Assembly (NCBI GenBank): GCA_002633005.1
Contig: NMRA01000132.1
Coordinates: forward strand, 310,001 to 374,000
Length of the DNA stretch: 64,000 nucleotides
Reading direction: 5' to 3'
Source of the DNA: Phoronis australis
Taxonomy: Eukaryota > Animalia > Phoronida
Position 1 is the stretch's first letter. The number at the start of each line of letters is the position of its first letter. Under the pieces are notes generated by a model, which saw nothing but the letters and a program-made list of their open reading frames with translations, was not told the origin of the DNA and did no database searches. The translations under genes and the position numbers were made by a program. Shown here piece after piece: positions 24,279 to 36,200 of the stretch.

Positions 24279-27200
24279 ATGGAGGTTCTAGGATTTGACA
24301 TACCAGCGTGGATCCTGTATCCTGTTGCAGTTTTGTTTACGTTTTACCTGTAAGTATTGTTGCAATCGTGATTCTGCAGTGCCGCCATGGGCCAGTAGAA
24401 CTAGAAGGATCACCACACAGTTTAACCATAGTCTTTTAACTATGGTTTAACGTGAGGCATTGCGGCCATCTAACTCTCAAATTTGATACTCAATACATGC
24501 GCGCACCCGGCGAAGTGTAGTGGGTAGTGGGCAAAAAGGTCCGCCCCAGAGAAACAAGTCCGAGTAAACGAGATAAAAGTCCAATGAAAAGGCGCAAACT
24601 TACAAGGTGCAGAACGTAGCTCCGACCGTGTTACTGTTTTTTTTAGGCGATTGACTATTTTGTTAGTAAAAGGTCCACATCGCCACGAATTCGAGCCCCC
24701 CCATGTGGAAGGCTGGGCACGCATGCAATCCACTTTTCAATGGGGGATTTTCCTCAGCCAAACAATCCACTGAGGTTAGTTTTCCCCAAGTGAGCAAAGA
24801 CCAGCTGGCTTATCTCGATATTTTAGCACATTTCTCTCATACACTATAGCTGTTTAACATTCAGGGATGCCTGTGTCGCCATCTTTTATAGATCAGATGA
24901 ACCATGAATGATTGCTTGTGGCGTGATTCATGGACTTTTGGGGCACGGGAACTGATTACTTTCGACTACATTCAAAGTATCTATGTAAAACTAGTGTCTG
25001 ACTCTCAATGTCTGACCCAGAGTTTTGCTTACTGCATATTGTACTATGTCCACGTGTAGTTTTATTTGATGTGAATATATGTTTACTGCAGGTGTAATCT
25101 GGAAAGTTTCCGGATGGGTTCACTCTTCACAATTGTTTCGTTGTCAATTAAAATCTACCATTGTTTTGGCTCTTCAAGTTTAAAAATAAAATCAAAAGAT
25201 ATCCTGTTCTTGGCACGAGAAAAAAGTAGACAGCAGTGTTAAAATGAAAGAATGAAAACATTATTTAAATCATTGTTCCTTTCGGAAGTTGCCCTTTGTC
25301 AAGATTATAAAGCACAAATGTGCTTTTATAGTCTTTTTGCAATATTTAAAATGTACCAAGTTAACTACTGGCAAATGCAAAAGGAAACCAATTTGGGTGT
25401 AATAACAATCACCACTGAGACAGTACATGCTAACCTTACACTTCATGAGCTCACTCAGATCTACATCAATACAAAGGGCGTGCTGAATAGGCATCATAAA
25501 AGTTGTCTAGGGCTAAGGGAATCTCAGTGGTGACCAGTGTAAGCGAGAAATTCTCCATATGACTGTCAATAAATAATTATTTGCCTGTGCCTACTAATGT
25601 TCTCACCAGGATTTCAAGACCTAGTGACACATGTTATTAACTCTTATTAGATGGTTAAAACATGTTATAATGAAGACATCTTGGCCAAGGTACACAACTG
25701 TGCTCAAAATGGCTTTTAGTTTGACAACAGAAATTACATTTAACATTAAGCCATGTTACATATTTGGTTTATAGTTTCAAGTATTTAAACTAGAGTGAAT
25801 GTTTGAGGGTTTGTGTACACACATCGAATGAATGCACAGGATCTTCATGAGATTCGCAGTCCATGTCTACTAAAGAACATGAATGACAACTAAAGAAAGG
25901 TAATAGGCAAGGACTATACTGTACATCAGGCCTGGCTATTCAACATTCACAGGGGTAATAAAAATCATCTCAGCCAGGACAATAAATGCAAATTTTATTT
26001 CAAAACCTACTAATACACCCAAGATATTACTGAAACATTAACTTGCTTTATACCTCTTCCTGCTAGTATCCAAGTCCAGATATCAAATCGATGAGACTCC
26101 AGGTACTGATAGAATTTTTAGGTACATGTCGTGAACATGCCCTTTAAACAAGATTGCATCATCATAACTGCATGGGTTTTACCCGCATCATGCTTTCACG
26201 CCCAGCTTCTCTTGCGAGTTAGCTATCATTTTCCAAAATTGGTGAGATTTTACAGAATTTCATGGATGGCTCGCATTATAGTTGGCGGTTAGGACTAATC
26301 ATATCTTCATTTGTTAATATATATGTGAATAATTTCTTCTATTTCAGGTATTTTGTGTACATTAACAGGAAGCTAGACTACCTCGGTTTACCTGGACCAA
26401 CGGTTTATCCTGTTGTTGGCTGTGGCTGGCTTTGGTTATTTACTAAAGTTAGTGTAAATAATAATTTATGAGCTTTTGAAGATGAAGACTAGCATACCAT
26501 TCTATACTATATGGGCAACTTTGTGAAAAAGTCAATCTAGAGACAAAAAAATGAAATTGTGACTAGATTAACTTTTCTGGTCTCGTCTGACAAAACCCAC
26601 TGCCAGGCAGTCTCGCCTAAGCTTCAGGAGCCATGTTTAAATTTCCTGTAACTTTCAAATCCATGATCAGGCCACTATGCTGGTCAATTAATACCAGTAT
26701 TTCAAACAGACTCCACTTTTTCACTAAGCCCCCTTAAGAGACTGGCTGCAAATTCGCTTCGCCAAAATGGATAACCCCAGGCAGCTTAAAAGGAAAGTAT
26801 GTAATCCACTTGGCCTGAACATGTAGAGTTCTGAACGAATGAACAACTACTTAAACATGTCTACTGCAAAACGATTGCCAGTCAGATTTGATGGATTATG
26901 CTATTAATTTTGGTAGGGAATACCAAAAATATTCAATTTATGCATCTGCTATTGAAATCGCTATTAATTTCATTTGATATATAAATCTATCAAAGTCAGA
27001 TTCCACGAATTCTTTCTGTTTTCCGTTAATTCGAAAAACCGCGGTTTTTGCAAATTAAGAAATTATGATCTGCGACAAAGGATCATTCTGTTGTGCACTA
27101 TGTGGATGCATGAAAAGGTTCTGTTGGCAACTATTTTGCCAAGTCTATTATCAGGCTCTGTTTTTCACAGCGCCATGCCGAAATATAATGAACGTCGAAA

Positions 27201-30200
27201 TAATGCATCCACGTCCAGTGTCTTCAGAATCAAGAATATTCAACTTGGGCATTACTTTCAGTGTCCAACATTTTATGGACTGTCCCAAAATGGAGAATGT
27301 TTACCGTATCTTAAGCACTGAGTGCATCTTGTGCATGTTATAAGCTGCAGTGCAAATCTGAAGTCATTCAAATGAAATGATCCCAGATTAACGGGATAAC
27401 GACTGCATGGAAGGCAAATTCATCTTCAGAGTCAGTAGCTGTCCATCTTGACGGAAAATGAAGGGGAATTCACTGGAAAGTTGGTTGTGTGAAAACCAAA
27501 TTTTTGATTAGAATTGCTCCTCCCCGCAAATACTTAATTACCAGTAATTTTTGCTGTTGACAAATTTACCCATTGTGATAAGGAAAAGGATTTTTTCCAA
27601 TGCACTGTACTCATTTGGACATCCACTATGGTCGGAAAGCAAATCATTCACATGGCATGTTGTTAAAAGTTTGCTAGTAATTAATTTATGAGTATATACA
27701 TTCCACGTTTTTGTGGGTAAAATTGGAGTGGTAAAGATGAAGATAGTGATACAAGACATTTTTGTTTAGCTCCCAATTTAGTTCACCATAAAGTGAGTGG
27801 TTGGTGACCGCTACCAAATAGTGAAAAAATCAAATGAACGTCTCTCATTATTCACTGCGCAATGGGGGAAACTGTATGCAGTATAAAGTTCCAATGTTCA
27901 ACATCATTAAATACCTATGATTGCATTTTATGTTCATGCATGAAGATGCTGTTTATTAATTCTATTGATTTGATTTTTGGATGATTGCAATGAAAGTGAC
28001 CGTTAGTATCACTGTATTGTATGTTCTTGGCAGGGCTCTGTGCAAAGACAGTTGGCGTGGTACCAGCAGTATGGACGTTTTTACAGGTAAATCCACCTCG
28101 CTTAATCTTGCTTAATGGTCTACAGATGGCAGCATTCTGACTGCACCTTTCCCAATCTCATTGCCTGTGGTATCTGTTCGCTTATTTCGATAAATACGGT
28201 AGACCAAAAAGAGTGATTGGTTTTGGTCTGTTTTTGGGAAAATCAAGTTTTCATCAATTGTTTTCAGTTACTTACTTTTTCAAAAATGAAAATTACCTGA
28301 CATGAGCCATATTTGTGCAGGATTTTTCTTAATCATTGTTTTGCATCCCTCGACCTTTACAGTCTTACTCACCTTAAGGTCCCTTTCTGCAGCTTTTCAA
28401 AAAACAAAACCTTGGCTGAAATTGAGACAGGCAGACTTTTTTTTAGCCAGTGAGCGAAAGTCTCAAAATTACTGGGTAAAGATCAGAATCAACTCGGCTT
28501 TTGGCCATACGTTGCTAAACACAATCTTTCCACGTGTTTTTTGTGTCTTATAGAAATAAAAGTGAAGCTTAAATAGCAGACCGATACTTTCTTGATCTTT
28601 ATCAGGGGGTGGAAGCCAAGTCTTATCTCAGGCACACTGCAAAAAGTCTTACCACACATTAAAAACCTGCACAGAACCTGAGTTCTTACCACAATAGGCC
28701 TTTTGAAATTGCCTAACACTTTTCAGTGAAAGTAGTTGGTTTGAACCTTGCTCTTAGTCATGCAACTGTCCCAGTTGCCTTGTGTTCAACAAAGGGTTTA
28801 TTGTACTGGCTGAGAAGATAATTGTTTTATTACTCTCTATGGGGTTTGAATAGCCCAGCCTGGAATGTATTTAATGTCACCTAACAGCCAATCACAGTGC
28901 AGTTGGCGATTGACAAGCAAGCACATCACCTAGTGGTCAAAGTTGCTGACATCACGTCATTATCAGTTGCTTGACATCTGCAATGAAGTGCGTGCTGGTT
29001 GAAGGCCGTCTCTAATGTAATTGTGCATAGGATCATATTCAAAGACAAAACAACTGATTTTAACAAAAGTGGGAAAATTGAGGACAATGCCTTTCAAAGG
29101 AGATGGATCGTTGAGCACTTGTGGTGTATGTAGACACTAACCATCAGATTTACTGGACCAGTTCCATGCAGCTGGGTCTGATATGCTATTGTTTGCTAAT
29201 TCCAGGTTCGTTGAAATGGGAAGCCTTTGCATCGCTGTCAGTGATCCCACTGTTTTACGTGATGTTCTTGTGAAAGAGGCCAACAACTTCAGAAATAGGA
29301 GAGTAAGTATATGTTTGTGAGCGAAGGAAAATTAATATGTTTTTATGACCATCAAAAGCTTTTACCGTGATCACAAAATTATCAGATAGAAGCATCCTCA
29401 CGCAGTCTTTTGTCCTCTATCACAAATTAATTATCTTGTGTGTACCGAAAGTGTATCATTAAAGTGAACACATGTTGTAATTTATGCACTGATCAACAAA
29501 CCGAATCTTGGCTTATTTTTATTAACTGTTAAGGGTAAAATTATCATAACCTAATTGTCCGTGAGGATTTCAATTTCAGAAGCCAAGCAGTTAAAAAATG
29601 GCTGGTTTCAGTGTAGGATATTGAAATTTATTTAATTCAGTGATTTATTGCAGCTGTGAATTTGTCGCTAGGGCAGTAAGTGCACTGCTTTATACAAAAG
29701 GAACTTAGATCAGTGCTTGTGATAGGAATTGATGAGGCTAGCATTTGTTTTACAGATCTACTGACGAAGCACAAGATGTCATAAAACAGTTTCTGTTTGC
29801 CATCTAGTCTTACCCTCGGGTTGCTTAAAATAGGGACTCCACTAAGTTCTCTAAATCTAGTGTGTGGACTTGGGAAAGCACTGATTGTCCTTTCTTTTGC
29901 CTTTTTTAAGTTTCATTTCTAAGTTGATTATTGGCTTTGATACAAATTCAGAGTGTATTCACAATATTGTTTAAAATAAGTAAGTACTAAATACTAGCTG
30001 CTTACTTTTATTTAACTAAGTTCTCTGTTTTTAGTTCAAAATGCCAGTAGGTAAAAAGGAGCTCTTAATCAAGATAAAACTGGAGATCACACCCATGAGT
30101 ACAGAATGACACTGCAAAATATTTGGGGACCTTAGTTAAGGACCTATTTAAACTTATGTCATCTTCTGTAACTTGAAATAAATATTACTTGTTATTTTAT

Positions 30201-33200
30201 ATTGGTTGATACCTTTATCTGCACCCATTTATGCAATGTTTATATCAATTTCTAATTGTCAGGTATCTGTAATTGCTACTTGGTATTGTTTCAACGTATA
30301 GCTGTCCAGTATTTTATGGGTTATCGCCATGTCGATTGAGTGTCTCATGCTACCAACCCAAGCTCAACTGTCTCTTGGTCAACTTGAAGTTGATTCTAGT
30401 TGCTAAGTTGTTATTTTGCAAGCCTAATTATTATTTATGTGTTTTCTTTAAATTTGTTGTTTATTTCTCATATTAAAATGCATTGAAATGCTGTAATACC
30501 CTTGTCAGTGAGTTGATGGCTTGATTCAGCAGTCTGTAGTTTCTATTGTAGGGCTTTGGCAAAAAGTTAAATGACAAATTTCTCGAGAACATCTTAACTG
30601 TTCTTCGCGATGACCGCTGGAAACACGTCAGAGCTGAGCTGACCCCAACTTTTAGTTCAGGAAAGCTTAGAAAGGTATGTACTGTTCTTTCACTTGTTGC
30701 GAGTCCAGGGGTTCATAATATAGTTATTTATGTCAAGGGTGCATGGGGCTAACATTGTCATACACCCACATCATGCACCCACATCGTGCACCTACATCAT
30801 ATGCAACCTCATTTACATAATGTGACACTTACCAGAAATTCGTCTTATTTTTTTCCTTACATAGTCAAAATCGGTGTGATGTCTGTGCTTGGAGAGAACT
30901 ACACTATCATCATGATAATTCATTATTCTTTTCACACCACGCTTATGAATTTCTTGTTGCGTCTCGTCATGAAATTCTATGAGCTTGAACTGAAAATGTA
31001 ACAAATTGTCTGTTCGTCCTGACTCCTCAGGGCCCGGAGGTCACTTCTAAACTGAGTGACGAAAAAAGCGAGGCTAATTTTAAATAACAGGAACTGGTCG
31101 CAGTCAAAGCTTTGTTATGCAAAGCACGGATATAACGCACCTTTGGAGTGTTTTAGATAACATTAGTAGCATTTATTTTCAGATGTGCCCCCTGATTTCT
31201 GCAAGTGTTGGGATTTTCTTGAAGAATCTAAAGAAGTTTGCTGATGAAGAGAAGGAATTTGAGTGCAAAGAGTATGCTTGGCTTTTGTTCACCGTTTTTT
31301 GTGAATTTCATTTCTGTTAATGACATGCTTAACATCTGCTGCCACCTAAGTCCCTTATTCTCTTGGCCTTGTTGACAAGTCGAAAGGTTTAAGGGAAATG
31401 CGATCAGTTGGATCTAAGATTTTTTAAGTTCATGATTTTTGAATAAAAATAGAAATTTCTGGAAATCTTGAAGACAGTATTTACTTGGTGTTTTTCCTCA
31501 CCTTACTAATTTAAATTGGTGTAACAACAGTGAAGTAATGGAGTCAGCCCAACATAGAATTTAGCCACATCTTGTCTATACATTCACTTTGTTTCAGGAA
31601 GCATATTGACTGAGTTGGACTGTATTCAACAGCAATGCAGTCGTGTTTGCCCAATAAAAGTGACTTTTGTGAATCTGGTTGGGCTTACTCCATCAGTTCA
31701 CGTGTAGTTGTGAGCAAAGTTAACAATGGCCAGGGGTATATAAAATGAGGCCGAAATGCGCCTGGATTTTTTAAACATATCACCAGAGAGTATTGTGCCT
31801 GGATTAAGTATTTGGATTGTTTAAAGATGTCACCAGAGTATTGTTTTTTTACTTGAAGAGAGGCTTATTTTTATAGCCAAACTACAGCATAAGCCAGGAC
31901 ATGTACAACAATTATAGCCGCTGTGACTTAAATGTGTCCTTCGTTTCTTCTTTGGAATTGTGTAAACCCTCAAAAGGAAACTTATTACAGTATTATTTAA
32001 CTAATACTAGTTCAGAAAAATGCAAAGCTCCCATTTTTTGCAAAAACAGACTTATTTTCAGCAATAATAAAATAAAAAAATGTTAAGTTTGTTGAAATAA
32101 CTGCCTCCCAAAATGTGTAAAAATTGCTTCATCTGTTACAAAAATACAAGCTTCTATAATTGACATTTTTTTCAAAAAATTATTGAAATGTCTCTGAAAT
32201 ATTCAATCTCGTTTACTTTGGCCATCGAGGCTTTGAAACCATAATACGTGATCGACCTCAGAGTGAAACTAGCCTTGTAATGGAGCTTGGTTTTGTTGGT
32301 CATCGCCAAAGTGGTGATGAAGAAACTATAATATTCATGCTGTCTTCAAGAGTTCCCCATTATATTTTACACTGCTAATGTGAACAAGAAATTGAAATAA
32401 ATTTGCGGCAATGTATTTTGCTTGTTGAACAAAGCTGTGTTACTCGCTTTAATTTGACCGAGTCTTGTGTAGTCGGTTAATTATGTCTTATATTTTTACT
32501 ACAGGGTTTTCTCAGCCTTCTCTCTGGACACCACGTTGAGCACAGCATTCGGCGTCATCATGGATACACAGGGCAATCCAGATGATCCTATCATTGTTCA
32601 AGCCAAGTCTTTAACTGGCAGAACACGCCAGATCAGGCTTGTGAAAATATTATTTTTCAGTAAGAATGGCTACTGGTTCAAATCAATGGCAGTGTAAATA
32701 TTGCGTTATAATGATTGAAATAGATATCAGGTCAAATGTTTCAAGTCAGGACATTTATTTTATTCTAGTAATTTGGTGTATTTCAGTTTACCAAAAGTGA
32801 TAATTTAAAGATTGCTTAGTTTTTACCAAAAAATTTGTAAATCTGCCTTATTGTGGCCTAGTGAGTGTTACCTTAAATTGCTGAGAATCCACAACTTCGT
32901 ATCAAAAACACCAAAAAACAACCCCACCAGTCGATCAGCTGTCAAATTAGAACACCTGCAATCACTATCTGACAGTATGTTAATTAGAGCTGATCTCTTA
33001 TATTATTGGTCCATAAATATGACACAGAATTGGGACAACCAATCACATCATAAGTTATCCTCCATTGTGTTTATTGTGAAAAGTCGTCGGGTATTGCTGC
33101 TCGTTTTCCCCTCGTTTATTGTATAATAAATAATGGCGAGGCGTTCTGTTTTGGTGATTGTTACAACTCACTATTTGATGAATCTGTGGCTCTTTTCACT

Positions 33201-36200
33201 TTACCATGGAACATCAGAGAAGCATGGATATGGCATGTGTACAAAAAAACTCACAGCATCGTTTTTAAAATTTTGATGGCGGCTACTTTTCAATTTTAAA
33301 AACAGCCATTTTGGCTGTTTGCCTCACTTATTGTTCGTTTTTCCTTGCCTGGAAGCTCATACGCTATTCAGGTGTGATTGTACCGCAATTGTCTCATCCA
33401 AAATGTTCAAGCATGTCCACGAATAGCCACCAGCCATGTCGGCGCCATCATGCCTTTGATATACCGAGGAATTCACAGGATACTCTGGGGTAAATAGTTC
33501 ACGCTTTCTCGTCCACTTGCGTGCAAATCCTGTTATCATAAGGTTTGCCAACAGGTCATCCGGTCTAACACAGAAATCCAGTCAGACTTAGTAGTGGGTG
33601 TCTCTCTCTTGAACTGTTGAGACGTGTACATTAATTTCATAACAGTGTCAGATTTCCCTTGATATAAATATCCGATCTAAAGTAAACCAATCCCATCTGC
33701 TTCCAGTGTTATTCCCCAGCTTAGCTATCAAACTTGGAATATCATTATCGAACCAAGAAGCCACTTCCTTCTTCAGCAGACTTGTGGATCAGATTATTGA
33801 GGAGAGAAAAAAAGAAAAGGTAAGCCTAATATGATAACACTATTTTTATTTTGATGTGAACTTCAGGGAGTATACACTGGAAATGCTATGAACACTGATC
33901 TGAGTAGGCCGTTGGGTCTCCAGGGGTGCATGTGTATTAGAACATGCCAGTCTGGTCAGTTAATGGGACTATTGGATAGCCAATCAAATCAGCAGACCTG
34001 TATTACCCAGCTACCTCTCACAAAACTTGGCCAAGTTTTGTGAGGGATAAAGCTCTCATGAGGATTATTCACATGGCAGCTTTACTTCCGTCTACAAAAA
34101 TGGTAAGAATATGAAATCATACTCTTCTGGCAAGATATTGTGTTTTAATTGTTCTGGAAACTCATATGTTATGGCTGCCAGATTAGAGTGCAATAATGAG
34201 TAATTGAGCGGAAGGACTTGTGGTCTTCTGACCATCCAGAGTTGCTTGCCTGCCAGCTCCAAATGGCCCCCCTTATGAAAAAGAAAGTGAGAATCTCACT
34301 GGATTCCAGTTAGATTCCAGTTAGATTCTCACTTAATTAGCCATTACAGTTAGAAATGCCAGTGAGAATTGAACAGCTGGGGCAGTCAGTTAGAAAATAG
34401 TGAGAAAATGTTACGTAACAGTGAGAATCCAGTGAGAATTTTGGTCTTAGAAAAATTTTGAGTGAGAATCAGTGAGAATTTTGGTCTTAGAAAATTTTTG
34501 AGTGAGAATCAGTGAGAATTTTGAACTTAAAATAAATACGAGTGAGAATTTAGTGAGAATTTTGGACTTAGAAAATTTCTGAGTGAGAATCCAGTGAGAA
34601 TTTTGGACTTAGAAAAATCTGAGCGATTACTTTGGTCCTTGTAAAATTCCTAGTGAACATCCAGTCTGACTGTTGGACTTAAAAAATCCGAAAGTTATGA
34701 TGATGAAGATGGCGAGTATGAACAACAGGATGACATCCACATGACTAGCGGAGATTAAGAAATCAGGGTCAACATACGCCAGATCTGCCATCTTGAAAGC
34801 ATAGTCAGGTTCCTCAGCATAGAATAATAGCCTAGCTGTTATAGAAAACTGATAACTGAAAAATTTCGAAGCAATTGGTGCGATAATGCGCCCTCTACAA
34901 GAAAAAATGTTTAGTCCAAAATTGAGGTGTGCATGCGCAATTGCCGATATATCCGCCATCTTTGACTGGAAGTAAAAAAATTTCAGAACACTTGTAGCAC
35001 ACGTACAGTACAATAAACACGCTGATTTGTAGCTGTGTTACGGACTCTATGAGCATTTTTATCTGAAACTGAAAACAAAATGGCCGCCACGTCCGCCATT
35101 TTGGGTCCGATTATGACAAAAAAACAATAAGCTTCCAGAAATTCCGGAACTAGAGTTTGTGTGTAAATTTCGTGGAACTCAGATGACAAATGCGACCTGT
35201 AAAGTGCGAACTGTGGTATATCAAAGCGTGTTGTGGCCGATAGTTGGCGCGCACGTGGTAATAAATAAAACAACACATGAATACTTTAACAATAGAATAC
35301 ATCTATTAATTTGCAGCGTTGTGATTTACAAACAATAGATTACAAAAAGTTGTGAGACCGACGACTAACTGATTGAGACAAGATATCCCTACTGGAAAAA
35401 CTACTAATCAACAGTGCCACAAATTCCCCGTAGCTACCGCACACGTTAACACAAAACAAGTCACAACAGAACTAACCCTCCAGAACAATCACTAGCCAGT
35501 TCAAATTGACTAACAGGCTGAGACCAACGCCCGTGATAAGTGTCTATAACTCAGTTGTGTCCTTTCTCCTTGACTTTTTGGTCACACGAAGTTGCTCGTC
35601 TGGCTCCGGCTTTGTCTCTGTAGTCTCCCGTGCCCCGTAGCCAGTACTTTAAATACTAAACTTAGTGGCATCACGAGATGGACCCACTCTGTATGTACAT
35701 ATATGTCCATCTCTCTATAACGAGCTAAATATAATGAGCTAACTGACCATCCCCTAGAAAATTCTTGTTTAACTGCCACTATTCCTGGGTTTTCAACAAC
35801 AGAGGTGTGCCTTTCCCCTGAAATGTCTTGCATGCACATGGAGGGCATAGCCTCATTATATTACAGAACAAACATAAAGCTTGATGGCAAAGCAGCATAC
35901 TTAGCGAAATGTATTTTGGCAAGTAATGATTTAGTGTTTTCGGACCTACTACATGAATTTATCGCAATACTTAAAAGTGAACACAACAAAAAGGTCTTCT
36001 GAAACAGCATGAGAACCTACAATGTCACTAATCCTTTCAAATGTGCCTGAAGCAAGGTTGCAAAATTGTGAAAACAAAATGCCAAGTTAAAAGTAAAAAG
36101 AAAAGTTAATGGTCTAAGTTATTGTTATATGTAACATTTAATAGCAAATGCATCATAGAACAAAGATGTTAAATAAAAGGAATGACTGTACACCAATAAT

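Noticed and set aside
34627-35276. ORFs with repeated KMAD motifs as a third transposon gene
   Set aside because: KMA comes from translating YY1-like AAGATGGCG motifs; no protein-like features or splice model.
35229-35801. Possible solo LTR nested in the CACTA element (TGTTGT...ACAACA, TATA-like on minus strand)
   Set aside because: No matching 4-6-bp TSD, no PBS/PPT and no second copy in the window; unsupported.
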